A stretch of DNA of 64,000 nucleotides. It comes from the human T2T-CHM13v2.0 reference genome, Homo sapiens. Within the stretch, counting starts at the first letter, position 1; each line of letters starts with the position of its first letter. The notes beneath the pieces are model-generated. The model was given only the letters and a program-made list of their open reading frames with translations, was not told where the DNA came from and searched no databases. This document shows positions 1 through 15,470 of this stretch, one piece after another. The stretch lies in assembly GCF_009914755.1 (NCBI RefSeq), contig NC_060933.1. One strand, given 5' to 3'. The position numbers were made by a program, and so were the translations under genes.

Positions 1-3000
1 TGAGATGAATGATGAAATGAAATGATGAGATGAGATGATGAAATGAAATGGTGAGATGAAATGATGAGATGAAATGAAATAGTGAAATGAAATTGAAATA
101 AAATCGAAATGAGATGAGATGAAATGATGAGATGATGAAATAAAATGATGAAATGATGAGATGTGATGAGATGAAATGATGACATGAAATGATGAGATGA
201 GATGAGATGACATGAAATAATGAAATTGAAATGAGATAAGATACGAGATGAGATGAAATGATGAGATGAAATGATGAAATGATGAGATAAGATGAAAAGG
301 GTTGAGATGATGAGATGAAATGAGATGAAAAGATGAAATGATGAGATGAAATGAAATGATGAGATGAAATGAGGTGAAATGAAATTAGATGAAATGTAAT
401 GAGATGAAATGAAATGACATAATGAAATGAAATAATGAAATGAGATGAAATAAAATAATGAAATGATGAAATAATGAAATGAAAATGAAATGGAAATGAT
501 GAGATGAGAAGAAATGATGAGATGAAATGATGAAATGATGAGATGAGATAAAATGAGATGAAATGATGAGATGAGATGAAATATGATGAGATGAAATGAC
601 ATAATGAATGAAATGATGAAATGGAATAATGAAATGGAAATGATGAGCTGAGATGCAATGAGTTGAAATGAGATGAAATGATGAAATGATGAGATGAGAT
701 GTGATGAAATGATGACATGAAATGATGACATAAAATGAGATGAAATGAGATGTAATGATGGAATGGGATGAGATGAGATGAAATGATAGATGAGATAAAA
801 TGATGATATGAAATGATGAGATGAATGATGAGATGATGAGATGAATGATGAAATGAAATGATGAGATGAGATGATGAAATGAAACGGTGAGATGAAATGA
901 GATGAAATGAAATAGTGAAATGAAATTGAAATAAAATCGAAATGAGATGAGATGAAATGATGAGATGATGAAATAAAATGATGAAATGATGAGATGTGAT
1001 GAGATGAAATGATGACATGAAATGATGAGATGAGATGAGATGAGATGACATGAAATAATGAAATGAAATTGAAATGAGATAAGATACGAGATGAGATGAA
1101 ATGATGAGATGAAATGATGAAATGATGAGATAAGATGAAAAGGGTTGAGATGATGAGATGAAATGAGATGAAAAGATGAAATGATGAGATGAAATGAAAT
1201 GATGAGATGAAATGAGGTGAAATGAAATTAGATGAAATGTAATGAGATGAAATGAAATGACATAATAAAATGAAATAATGAAATGAGATGAAATAAAATA
1301 ATGAAATGATGAAATAATGAAATGAAAATGAAATGGAAATGATGAGATGAGAAGAAATGATGAGATGAAATGATGAAATGATGAGATGAGATAAAATGAG
1401 ATGAAATGATGAGATGAGATGAAATATGAGATGAAATGACATAATGAATGAAATGATGAAATGGAATAATGAAATGGAAATGATGAGCTGAGATGCAATG
1501 AGTTGAAATGAGATGAAATGATGAAATGATGAGATGAAATGATGAGATGAGATGTGATGAAATGATGACATGAAATGATGACATAAAATGAGATGAAATG
1601 AGATGTAATGATGGAATGGGATGAGATGAAATGAGATGAAATGATAGATGAGATAAAATGATGATATGAAATGATGAGATGAATGATGAGATGAGGAGAT
1701 GAATGATGAAATGAAATGATGAGATGAGATGATGAAATGAAATGGTGAGATGAAATGATGAGATGAAATGAAATAGTGAAATGAAATTGAAATAAAATCG
1801 AAATGAGATGAGATGAAATGATGAGATGATGAAATAAAATGATGAAATGATGAGATGTGATGAGATGAAATGATGACATGAAATGATGAGATGAGATGAG
1901 ATGACATGAAATAATGAAATTGAAATGAGATAAGATACGAGATGAGATGAAATGATGAGATGAAATGATGAAATGATGAGATAAGATGAAAAGGGTTGAG
2001 ATGATGAGATGAAATGAGATGAAAAGATGAAATGATGAGATGAAATGAAATGATGAGATGAAATGAGGTGAAATGAAATTAGATGAAATGTAATGAGATG
2101 AAATGAAATGACATAATGAAATGAAATAATGAAATGAGATGAAATAAAATAATGAAATGATGAAATAATGAAATGAAAATGAAATGGAAATGATGAGATG
2201 AGAAGAAATGATGAGATGAAATGATGAAATGATGAGATGAGATAAAATGAGATGAAATGATGAGATGAGATGAAATGACATAATGAATGAAATGATGAAA
2301 TGGAATAATGAAATGGAAATGATGAGCTGAGATGCAATGAGTTGAAATGAGATGAAATGATGAAATGATGAGATGAGATGTGATGAAATGATGACATGAA
2401 ATGATGACATAAAATGAGATGAAATGAGATGTAATGATGGAATGGGATGAGATGAAATGAGATGAAATGATAGATGAGAAAATGATGATATGAAATGATG
2501 AGATGAATGATGAAATGAAATGATGAGATGAGATGATGAAATGAAATGGTGAGATGAAATGATGAGATGAAATGAAATAGTGAAATGAAATTGAAATAAA
2601 ATCGAAATGAGATGAGATGAAATGATGAGATGATGAAATAAAATGATGAAATGAGATGTGATGAGATGAAATGATGACATGAAATGATGAGATGAGATGA
2701 GATGAGATGACATGAAATAATGAAATGAAATTGAAATGAGATAAGATACGAGATGAGATGAAATGATGAGATGAAATGAAATGATGAGATAAGATGAAAA
2801 GAGTTGATGAGATGATGAGATGAAATGAGATGAAAAGATGAAATGATGAGATGAAATGAGGTGAAATGAAATTAGATGAAATGTAATGAGATGAAATGAA
2901 ATGACAATGAAATGAAAAAATGAAATGAAATAATGAAATGAGGTGAAATTAAATGAGATGATGAAATTAAATGATGAAATGAAATAATGAAATGGAAATG

Positions 3001-4176
3001 ATGAGATGAAATGAGATGAATGATGAGATGTAATGATGAGATGCAATGATGAGATGAAATGATGAGATGAGATGAGATGTAATGATGAGAGGAAATGATG
3101 AGATGTAATGAAATGAGATGAAATGAATGAGATGAAATGAAATAATGAAAGGAAATTGAATTGAGATATGAGATGAAATGAGATAAAATGAGATGAAATA
3201 AATGATGAGATGAAATGATGAAATGCTGAGGTGAGATGAAACGATGAGATGAAATGAAAGGATGAGATGAAATGATGAGATGAGGTGAGATGAGATGAAA
3301 TGAGATGAAACGAGATGAAATGATGAAATGAGATGAGATGAGAAGAAATGATTTGATGAAATGAGATGAGATAAAGTGATGAGATGAAATGAAATGAAGT
3401 GAAATGAAATAATGAAATGAAATTGAAATGAGATGAGATGAAATGAGATAAAATGAGATGAAATGAGAAGAAATGAGATGAAATGAAATGAGATGATGAG
3501 ATGAAAAATGATGAGATGAATTGAAATGAAATGAAATAATGAAATAATGAAATGAAATGATGAATTGATGATATTGAAATGAAATTGAAAGATGAGATGA
3601 AATGAGATGAAATGAAATGTTGAAATGATGAAGAGATGTGACATGAAATGAGCTGAAATGAGATGAAATGAAATGAGATTAAATGATGAGATGAAAAATG
3701 ATGAGATGAAAAATGATGAGATGAAATGAGATGAGATGAGATGAATTGAGATGAGATGAGATGAAATAATGAAATTAGGTGAAATAATGAAATGAGATGA
3801 AATAATGAAATAAAATTGAAATGAGATGAGAAGAAATGAGATGAAATGTTGAAAAGAAAGGAGGAAATGATGAGGTGAGATGAAATGATGAGATGAAATG
3901 AATTGAGATGAAATGAGATGAAAAATGATATGAAAAATGATATAAAAAATATGACATGAAATGAAATGAGATGATATAAAATGACAGAATGAAATAAATG
4001 AAATTACATGAAATGAAATGAAATAGTGAAATGAAATGATGAAATAATGAAAATGAAATGGAAATGAGATGAGATGAGATTTGATGAAACGATGAGATGA
4101 AATGATGAGATGATATGAAATGATGAGATGAGATGGGATAAGATGAAATGAGATGAAATGATGAGGTGAAGTGATG
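1..4176. repeat. Simple-sequence satellite built from GAAAT/GAGAT/GAT units, with a ~0.8-0.86 kb higher-order repeat in its first ~2.9 kb
   Basis: The sequence is almost entirely ATGAA/ATGAG/ATG words and ends abruptly at ~4176. The rare marker AAATCGAAAT recurs with its TCG at 104, 937, 1798 and 2602. Confidence 0.95.
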
Positions 4177-4894
4177 CACTGTCACGTGTGTGTCTTTTTC
4201 CCAACCAACAAAAATTATAATTCATTAATTTTAATTTTATTATTTAAGAATATTCTTAAGAGTTGAAGGAAAAATAATATCTGTACATTATGGGTTACAA
4301 TTAAGTACAAATAATACATAAATATATTAAAACTTACAAAGAATATGTTTCGGAATCGAATATACCATGCTTCTGTGATGACAGTTATTTCATGCTGGTT
4401 GTCACAATTTTACATGAAAAACTAATGAAACAATGTTTTTAACTGTTTCTAAAAATAACAGTTTCCAAAACAGTTTTACATTCAAAATATGAAAAAGATG
4501 TCTTTGTGTTCCTTAATCTGATGAGATTTTCACACTCTGCACATGATAATTGTTAGATTTTTATTGTGTTGATAAATTGTATATCAAATAAAAAATGTTA
4601 TTACCTCTTAAATTAGGATTTTTAGGTGATATAGGCAGAAAGGAAGGCAAGTTTTTATAACTTTGTCTAAATGAACTTTCTAAATGCCTGAGTATTAAAA
4701 GATAGCATGTCTATAAATGACAATGTATATATTACTGTATGACCTAGGACCAATCAAAACCGTTACCTCTGATAACATTATATTGTGCCCAGTATAAAAT
4801 AGATATAATAATACCTCAAACTTAAATCCAGGCATTGTCATTGAATATGTTAAGAATATGCAGCAAAGGTGCTTTTAAAAATACAAGCTAGTGA

Positions 4895-5592
4895 TTGTAC
4901 TAAATTTGTAAATCACATAGGATAGTGGGTCATTTTAAGAATATTATTTCAATCTATAAACGTGGATGTCTTTGCTTTTTTATGTTTTCTTTAATTTCTT
5001 TCATTAATATTTGTCATTTTTGCTGTCGAAATCTTTTACTTGGTTAAATTTATTTCTAAGTACATTTTTGTAGCTATTGTAAAAGGAATTGCTTTCTTAA
5101 TTTCTTGTTTCAGCTAGTTTACTGTCAATATATAGAAATGCTACTGATTTTTGTATGTTGATTTATATCCTGCAACTTTATTAATTTCATGTATCACCCT
5201 GAGAAGCTTTTGGCAGAGTCTTATTTTTTTCCATGTATAAGATCACATTGTCTTTAAACAAGGACAATTTGACTGTCTCCTTTCCAATTCAGATGTCCTT
5301 TATTTCTTTCTCTCACCTAATTGTCCTGGCTAAGACTTTCACTATGTGAAATATGATTGGTGAGAATAGGCATCCTTTTCTTGTTCCAGTAAAATCTTTT
5401 TCTTGTTCACAGTAAAATCTTTCACCTTTTCCACACTCAGTATGATCTTAGCTGTAGATTTGTCCTTTATGTCCTTTGTGTTAAGGCATATATTTTCTAT
5501 ACTAAATTGTTGAGAAGTTTTTTGTCATGTAAGAATATTTAATTTTGCCAAACGCTTTTATTGTGTTTATTAATTTAATCATATGGTTTTCA
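4895..5592 (-). mobile_element. Old L1 ORF2 fragment, antisense
   Basis: Typical antisense L1 RT-region text (tcctgcaactttatt..., ggacaatttgact..., ggtgagaataggcatcctt). Confidence 0.75.
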
Positions 5593-6272
5593 GTATATAT
5601 CCAAAGGAAAGAAAATCAGTATATCAAAGAGTTACCTGCACCCCCATGTTTATTACAGCACTATTCACAATAGCCAAGATATGGAATCAACAAAAGTGTC
5701 CATCAACAGATGAATGGATAAAGAAATGTGACATACATATATAATGGAATATTATTTAGTCATAATAAAGAACAAAATCCTGTTGTTTGTGGCAACAAGA
5801 ATGCAAGTGGAGGGCATTATGTTAGGTGAAATAAGCCTGGCATAGAAATATAAACACCACATAACTACGTGTTCTCACTTATGTATGGAAGCTAAAATTT
5901 TTAATCTCGTAGAAGTAGATAGTAGAGTTTTGGTTACCATATCCTGGAAAGAGTAGGAGAAAGAAGAGTATAAGAAAAATGTGGTTAATACATACAAAAT
6001 TACAGCTGGAGAGAAGGAAGAAGTTCTAGTTCTCTACAGCACTGTTGGGTGACTGTAGTTAATGGGAATTTATTGTGTGTTTTCAAATAACTAAAAGAAA
6101 AGATTTTGAATATTCTCACTGCAAAGAAATAATACGTGATTTAGGTAATGGATATGATAATGACTCTGACTTGATCTTTATGCATTGCATAAATATATCA
6201 AAATATCACTCTGTACCCCATAACATGTACATTTATTGTATGTCAATTAAAGTAAATTTAAAAGAGAAAAAA
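5593..6272 (+). mobile_element. L1MA-type 3' end
   Basis: atgtttattacagcactattcacaatagccaagatatggaatcaac...gtccatcaacagatgaatggataaag, followed by 3'UTR and an A-rich end. Confidence 0.85.
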
Positions 6273-6802
6273 TGAGGTAAAGGTAAATGTACAGAATTTA
6301 ATTACTTTTTCTTCTATAAAACCCGAGTCAGTACCAAGAAGAGTCAATTTATTAGTTTTCTAAAATAAAAAAAATCAAAATCACCAAAAAAGAGCAATAT
6401 CCAAGAAAACATTGAAAAGGAAACACAACATTTAGTAAGAATAGAAAACTTGGGCACTGTATCACCCTGTTCCTAGACACCGATTTACTGATGGCCATTT
6501 AAACAGAATTTTATTCTGTCTAATTCATTTATACTCCCAGAGTTCGAAATTACATTTTACCTACAATAAATGAGATAACACTTGTAAATTATATGGTACT
6601 CTGCCTAACACACGTTAATAACTCAATAGATGTTAGCAATAAACTTTTAGTGTAGTAGTCAAAGCATTAATTTCTCACATTGCAATTTCCTTCAAAGACA
6701 TAAATACAACCTTTCTAATGACTCCTTGTTCATCAAGATACCTCTTCAAATTATTCTATTTGTTTCATTCAGTATATTATCTGTGTATACCGATATTACA
6801 CT

Positions 6803-7125
<323 letters not shown>

Positions 7126-7469
7126 TGAATATCTTTTTGAAAGATTACACCTCTTTACCTCTTCGTGCTTCAGAAATTATTTTCCTTCAAGTGTTCTAAG
7201 AGGCTAATGAAGAATGAAGTCATGTTTTATCACTTTTGTCCTTAAAGATTTCAGACATGCTGAAACTGATTGAAGTATCATTTGCTACCAGATAGATTAG
7301 TTATCTCTAGTTGTAGGAGTGGATACATCTTTAATGGTATATTTTGGTTTATTGTCTTATTTTTGATGTAGTATTCTATCAATAATTTATTAAACCTGGC
7401 ATCCTTGGGTGAGCATGGATTTTTCAACTTTGGTGTTATATTGTGTTTGCTTTTAAAAACTGCTTTTGA

Positions 7470-7776
7470 GGCCAGGTATGGTGGCTCTTGCCCATACCCA
7501 GCACTCTGGGAGGCCAAGGTGGGCGGATTACCTCAAGTCAGGAGTTCAAGACCAGCCTGGTCAACATGGCAAAACCATGTCTCTACTAAAAACACAAAAT
7601 TAGCCAGGCATGGTGGTGCATGCTTGTAGTCCTAACCACTCGAGAGGCTGAGGCAAGAGAATCACCTGAACCTGGGAGGCAAAAGTTGCTAGGTTGCTGT
7701 GAGCCAAATTCTCACCATTGCCCTCCAGCCTGGGTGAAAAGAGCAAAACTCTGTCTCAAAAAAAAAAAAAAAAAAA
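7470..7776 (+). mobile_element. Alu (AluS-like)
   Basis: ggccaggtatggtggctc...ctctgtctc followed by poly-A. Confidence 0.95.
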
Positions 7777-10642
7777 CGACCAAAAACTGCTTTTGAATGG
7801 AGTTGTACATACAATTTTGATGAAAAAAATTATCAAGTGCATAAGTTCTTAATAGAAAAACCAATAATACTCCAGGCACAAGTTAGTACTAAAAAAATTA
7901 TGTTGAATATGCTCTAATACAACATGCTTTTTCCCTTCATGAACAATTTGTGTTTTACTGAGAAGAGTCATTGTTTATGGTAGACATTAGACTACAGATG
8001 AATATGCACTTTAAACACTCTTAGTTGCTTTCTTAATTTTATATCTGCTGCTTTTTGCTTCTGTTTATTTTCATTCTTTCCAATGTCCACATTCTAGTAA
8101 ATTTGAATATTTTAATCCAAGTTTATATACTATTTAATATTGCTTGCATAGTTTAGTGTTGTTAAGACTCAAAAAGGTTTACAGAAAGAAGAAAAAGATC
8201 AACATGTTATTAATCATTTAAAGATCATTTTGAAATCTTTGACCTTTATATTTTAATGAATAAAATATTAGTAGTTATTAGTATAAAATAATTTATGTCT
8301 TTTGGACTTAGCATCCAGTATTTCTTTTTTAATAAAGAAAATAATTATTCTCTTGCAATATACTGTGTTTACCTGGGTTTTGAAAAGTGATGTTTCCTAA
8401 TATGAGAAAGCCATTTACATTTTTAAATCTACAAAGGCAAATGGAATGGTACTAAATTATTTATATAATAATGTTTAGATGGTGGCCCTTATAACATTCT
8501 TTCTATACTTCCTACAGAGTTGGGGATATGCAATCCTGGAATATTTCTGGGAGCTAATCCTTCAGCTTGATGAATGAAACAAGACTTTTAAATAAAATTA
8601 AACTTTCAAATTATCCAGGTAATGGGCCTGTCTTTTAATTCAATGGATATGGAGCATAATGAATTATCCCCTGTTCATTGGGTAATAAGTTCTCATTCTT
8701 AATTTATAATACTCAAAATATCCTTTAATTTTTAATTTTTGATAGTCATATCATTATCCCTAGGTATTTTAGCTTCTATCTTAAATTCTAAAATAATTTT
8801 GAGACAGGAGAAAGTATTCTTTATTACTATATGTATTAAACATCATGGTTTTCAAATTTAACTGCAAATGTATCTTTTCATTGCTTCTTGGTGATGCCCT
8901 TCACCCTATCCATATTGTCACTACCAAGTGGTGATTACTTTTCAGGTTCACATACTTATTCTTTAGAAAAATCTTCTCTGTGCCTTATAAAGAATATGAT
9001 TGTTGGCATTGAAAAGCCAGTGAAATATACATTATTAGCCTGTTGCCTAACTCATTTATTTAAGAAACTACACTAATTACCCACATACTTATGTTTTTAT
9101 TTACTCATTATTTCTGGAGAAAACAAATACTGCTAACATGATATTTGTAAGAGAGAAAAAAGTCTTTTCTTGAAAAGTGCTGTCATTGTAGTACTAACTT
9201 ATAGTATCAACTTCTTTATCAACTCCTTATACACTTTTTATTCTGAGAGAAATAAAAAAGCTAAAAGTGAAATGACTTTGTAACTCTCCATATTATAAGC
9301 ACCCATCTTGGTAATTTAGGGTCTTTATAGTTAGGGTAAGTTGTGTCATACCGAGGTTACAAAATAAAAAGTATTTTGTCTCTTTGGGCCTTTCCTTATT
9401 CAGTAATACTGTCAGTTTGGCTTTTTTTGTAGGTCAACTTATTGAACTCAGTATTCTGAAATAATGTGTTTACTATCTTTTGATAAGCATTTAAAATATT
9501 AGATTTATTGTTACTCTTCTGCCTTCATTGGGCTGGAAGAATAATTGTTTCACTCCACAAAAGCCAAGTTGCAGAGAAAAACACATAGACATTCAACTGC
9601 AAAGCAGAGAAACTTGACTATTTTCTGCAATTTTAAAGTGTATATTGAATAAAACCATCTTTTTATTTTCTTTTTTGCTCACTGGCAAATATTAACAACA
9701 TCAAGTGCGTTATTATAATGTTATCTAGTTAAAAATCTCAAAAAGTTTTCATAATTACCATTTAAAAATATATAAATAAGTGACCTAATGTTAATTTTTA
9801 TTGTCTGAGACCATGTCTGTTATTTCACTCTTTAAATTCAGTTAGTAATGCAGAACCTAGCACTTAGTAGATACTCAAAAATTATTTGCTGAATAAAAAA
9901 AGGTTAAACATGTAATATACACAAAATGTACTGGAAAAAATGCACCAAACAATTTTGTTATACCAGTTTAATGTAAATATTGTCTTTAAAAGATAATATA
10001 GTTTTCAGGTGTCTACAGTGATTTTGTAATATTTGTGCACATATAAAGTAATATTTCCAAAAATGTAATCCAGTGGGGAAATATACTTTCTAAATTCTAG
10101 ATTTATAATTTAGGGTTTAAATTATAAAATCATTAAATAAGACACAAGTGAAATATAGTCAAATATCCCCTTGGAAAAAAATTAAGTGGCCTCTAAAGTG
10201 AGGTATTCATATATGTAATTTTACAATCCTCTAGTGATAGAATTAATTAAATATGCCACCAAATTGATTAATTCCTACAGTGTTAAAAGAGAAGCACTAA
10301 CAATGCCAGTGACCATGTAACATGGATTTAAGCTACAAGTCATAGAAATGTGATGAGAAGCCTCAGCACTGTAAAACTGAGGGTGGAGGAAAGCTTTTCC
10401 TCTCTCAAATGAGCTTTGCGAGGTATACTTCTTGAAGGATAGGAAGTTGAAGTGTTCAGGACTTTTATGTCTATTCTACTTTGGCTTAGTTTACATGATT
10501 CTTAGTTTATTAGCCTAGAAATGGCCAAGAAAACTTAAGGCTCAATAGTTAGTTATAAATATGAAATATCCCCAATTTTCAAGATAAAACAACTTATAAA
10601 TGTATTTGTAAAAATTGTGTATATTTTTACAGAACATCTATT

Positions 10643-11020
10643 TCTTTCTTTATTTTTTTATTTTTTTTATACTTTAAATTCTAGGGTACACATGAACAAT
10701 GTGCAGGTTTGTTGCATATGTATACGTGTGCCATGTTGGTGTGCTGCACCCATTAACTCATCATTTATGTTAGGCATATCTCCTAATGCTATCTCTCCCC
10801 CCTCCCCCCACCCCACAACAGGCCCTGGTGTGTGATGTTCCCCTTCCTGTGTCCAAGTGTTCTCATTGTTCAATTCCCACCTATGAGTGAGAACATGCGG
10901 TGTTTGGTTTTTTGTCCTTGTGATAGTTTGCTGAGAATGATGGTTTCCAGCTTCATCCATGTCCCTAGTAAGGACATGAACTCATCATTTTTTATGGCTG
11001 CATAGTATTCCATGGTGTAT
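10643..11020 (-). mobile_element. 5'-truncated L1PA 3' end
   Basis: T-rich tail, then tatactttaa...gggtacacatg...gtgagaacatgcggtgtttgg...catagtattccatggtgtat. Confidence 0.95.
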
Positions 11021-11142
11021 AATGAACCTGAAACGGGAAAGGGCGAGATTAACTAAGCCTGTTTGCCATGGACAGCAATGGGGTTGCTAGAAGATTAGCT
11101 GTGTGGAAAAATTATGCATTTACCTTTGGGCATAATAAAATG

Positions 11143-11454
11143 CAATTGACTCTCCATATTCATGGGTTCTGCATCCACCGATTCAAACAACTGTGGAACA
11201 AAATTGTCAGAAAAAACAATACAATGATAAAAAATGATACAAATAAAAAACAACATGGTATACCAACTATTTACATAGCATTTACATCGTATTGTTATTA
11301 AGTAATCTAGAGATGATTTAAAGTATATAGGAGGATGTGTGCAGGTTATATGCAAATACTACACTATTTTATACCAGTAACTTGAGCATCCATGGATTTT
11401 GGTATACAAGGGGGATCCTGGAACCAATTCCCCATGCATATCAAAGGATGACTG
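11143..11454 (-). mobile_element. MER2 (TcMar-Tigger) DNA transposon
   Basis: Reverse complement matches the recalled MER2 text (ttggttccaggatcccc...ccaaaatccatggatgctcaagt...tttaaatcatctctagattactt). Degenerate TIRs, with TA at the right end. Confidence 0.85.
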
Positions 11455-13918
11455 TATGAGTTATCTGTAAAATGGTTTGGTTGAAATGTTTAGAAAACAG
11501 CTAGAAATACAAGACTGGCTGTTGGATGAAAAAAACATAGGACTAGGAAATTCAGGTATGCTAGTCTTTTTGAGTATTGCTTAAAGCCATGGGAAAAGAG
11601 CTCTCTGTGAGTTCCAAGACAGATGCAAGGACTGGCATTCATGCACAGCTTCTAACAGATAAATCTGAAGAGTTCTTAGTATGCATGTTGACTGAAATTA
11701 CTTTAGAAGTAATTTTTCTCCTGGTGATAAAAGGCATGTAAGGCTATTTTAGGAAATTGAAAAATGCAAAAAGTATAAAGAAAAAGAAAAGATAATCATT
11801 AATAGTACGTTAGTAAACAAGACTTGACTAAAGATATGACTTTCCTCCCGCTTGTTTTCTTATGCATATAAAGGGATAGGAAATATGTATGTATGTATGT
11901 GTGTGTATAGGATCATGCACTATATATAGCTTGCTTCTTTTTCCATTATGATAATTTTCCCATGTCATGAATTACGGCTTGCAAGTGCTTATTCTTAAAG
12001 GGCTGCATTATTTTTCATTATTTGGATTTATTGTTATTTAATTGGAGCTCTATTATTGAACATTTAGATTGCTTCCAAAATTTTTTGCTCTTGTTAATAT
12101 ATTGTAATAAACTTCTGTGAAACACATACTCTTCACCTGCTACTTACATATGACTTCTGTAAGCAGAGACCTCTGTATCCCCAGGACCTAGAAGGTTACC
12201 CGGACATAGTAGTTGCTTAATTAAAAAAAATTATTGATTGAATGAAAGAAGACTATTAAATGTTCAGTTCTTCTTTTTTTATTCTGATTCCCTGTGTATC
12301 CAGGGGCCTCTTATTTGGCTGCATGTATGAGTTTGGCTGTAATGAAAGTATTGGCCGTATATGACCATAAACAGGCATTCCTATTTCTGTCACAGTTATA
12401 TTTGTCATTCTGTATTAATACATCTATATCCTGATTTCTATTGAAGCATGGTTAATTTTGTTTGCTTCTAAGCAATGTAGCTACCCTGTTGATGCTGATA
12501 AAAATAAATTTCTGAACCTATAAGACTGAGGATTGGGCCTAGGTTGTAGTAAATTGGCAAGATAATGGATGCTACCCTGTCAAGAGTCCTCTGAAGAGAA
12601 AAGTCTGCCACCCTTCACCAGGTAGAAACTCCAGGCAGTGCCACATTTTCCAGTTTGACGCCCTGTGATACCCTGAAAAGACAGATGTTTGACTCTTTTC
12701 AAATAATATTTTAACATATTTTAAGACGCAAAGGCATTGTGTCGGACTTTTTTCTTAAGAATATATTTCATTACCACTCAGAAGTTAGCTTCCAAAAGAA
12801 ATAAGTGTGTGCAAAGGTTTATGATAGTGGTGTAGAGAAGTTTTTAAAATAAATGTGCATCTTTTATGGTAATAAAAGCACATTACGAAGAATTTTTTAG
12901 GTCCAGTTCACAGATTCCTTGTGCCTGGGGAAAACTTTATTAGAAAATTAGATAATTTCTAATTTGATTAGGGGAAGTCTAATGGGAAAACTTTTTAACT
13001 GAGCGGTCCAATTTGAAACATGAATATCTGTGCTGGAAGCTTCTATTGAACTTTACTTAAGTCACATCTGAGACCCTCTGCCTGTCAGTCCACCATTACC
13101 CTAACAGTGGTAGAAATTCTTTATATGACACCTAGATCTTTTTTTGTTGCACTTTTAAGCTGTGTAGGAAACACACTGCCCACATGTTCATACAACACAG
13201 AGTGATTATCCACTTAGTTCCTAAAAAGTTGTGTTTGGTTATGGGATTTGATCCCACTTGTCCAGGGTTTAGGTCAGCTACTGAAGATTAGGATATCTGG
13301 GTACCTCTTACTGGAGAATCCATTCCTGTTTTCATTTCATTCCTGGGGGCAATATTCAATCTGGTGTGGCCCTCTGTATTATAAAATGTTTCCCAGATTG
13401 TGTTTATCTGAAATACAAATCCAAGAAGAAGCATGGTGTTAATTGCCATGTAAAAAAGATTCCAGAGTCAAGAGCTTGAGAAGTTCTATTCCTTCCTTCA
13501 TAGGTTCAGTTGTTTAACTCAGCATTTTTCAAACATATTTTACTCCTAGAACCTGTTTTTCCTCAGACATATTTAAGAAAAAAGCATTTTGTAGAACACA
13601 TTTGGACAAATGATACTTTATATCATTGCTTTGTTTTTTAAATTTTAGTTTGACTCAATTTTACAGTTTCAGGATTTTGTTTCTGTTTCAGGTTTTAAGC
13701 TTTTCTTTTATAAATAGTTACTTTCCTAGTCTGAAATCTATACATTGTTTCAGTAATGAATTCATTATGTAAATTTGCCCATCATTCATCTAAAGGGAAT
13801 AAACATTAAATTGTTTTTTTAAATTTTGACTTGTGTCACATGAGAATATAAAGTATATCTGTACAATAAAGGAAAATGAAACATCAAAGTATCTACCTCA
13901 GGTTAAGAAGCAGAACTT

Positions 13919-14150
13919 GGCTGGGCATGGTGGCTCACACCTGTAATCCCAGCACTTTGGGAGGCAGAAGTGGGAAGATCACTTGAAGCCAGGAGTTGGA
14001 GACCAGCTTGTTCAATAAAGGAAGACCTCATCTCTAACAACAACCACAACAGCAAAAAACTAGCCAGGCACGGTGACACATGCTTATAGTCCCAGCTACT
14101 GGTGCAGCCTCGAACTCCTGGTCTCAAGCCATCTTCCCACCTCAGCCTCA
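13919..14150 (+). mobile_element. Partial AluJ-like element joined to a short antisense Alu piece
   Basis: Sense Alu to ~14100 (cccagctact), then gcagcctcgaactcctggtctcaagccatcttcccacctcagcctc in the opposite orientation. Confidence 0.8.
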
Positions 14151-14570
14151 TGTTGTAGTGAACTTTGTTATGCAGTGTCTCCTATTCTACTTGTGCAGGA
14201 GTATTTTTCCTGTATGTACCTGGAGTGGAATTGCTTGGTCATTGGGCATGTGTGTGTTCAGCTCTATTGAGTGGCATCATACTGTTCTCCAAGGCAGTTG
14301 TACCAATCTACACCCTCACCAGCAGTGAATAGTCTTCCCATTGTTCTTCCTCAATGAAACTAGATATTCACAGCCTTTTAGGTTTTTCCTAGAGTATGAA
14401 GTGGTATCTCTTTGGGGTTTTAATGTTTATTTCCCTGATTAGAATTGTAGTTGAGCATCTTTTATTGTGTTTATGGGCCATTTATGTTTTCTCTTCTGTG
14501 AAATTCCTATACGGGTTTTTTGCTCATTTTAAATGTTGTTGTTTGTGTTTTTCTTATATAGGAATTCTTC
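14150..14570 (-). mobile_element. Old L1 fragment, antisense
   Basis: ggagtggaattgcttggtca...gttgtaccaatctacac...gttgagcatctttt. Confidence 0.7.
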
Positions 14571-14764
14571 ACGCATTCAAGATGCACGTATGTTGTTCAG
14601 AATAGTACCTGAGACATAGAAACAACTTTGTAAGAATAGCTATCATTACATTACCATTGTATTTAATCTTTTGTTTTTATGTGTTACAATTATCTTCTGC
14701 TAATTTGTGGCTTATTTTTCATTCTGTAATGCTAATTTTTTAACCTAGTATTCTATTATTTTAA

Positions 14765-15278
<514 letters not shown>

Positions 15279-15343
15279 TAGATGCATTTGTCTCTCCAAA
15301 TGCACTGTGATTATTTCGAAGACAAAACATTTTTGGCATTGTG

Positions 15344-15470
15344 ATATATATATATATATATGTATGTAATATATATGTATGTATATATGTATATAATATA
15401 GTATAAATATTTATGTTTTATATATCATATAAAATTTATATATAAAAATTATATATATATATATATATAA
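15344..15470. repeat. (TA)n-rich microsatellite / low complexity
   Basis: Interrupted TATA runs. Confidence 0.9.

Noticed and set aside
1-4176. Assignment to classical HSat2/HSat3 or telomeric repeat
   Set aside because: GGAAT/CATTC is rare and TTAGGG arrays are absent. The dominant words are GAAAT and GAGAT.
1228-4225. Ser/His/Phe/Ile-rich ORFs of up to 389 aa
   Set aside because: These are translations of the CATTT/CATCT satellite strand, which lacks stop codons.
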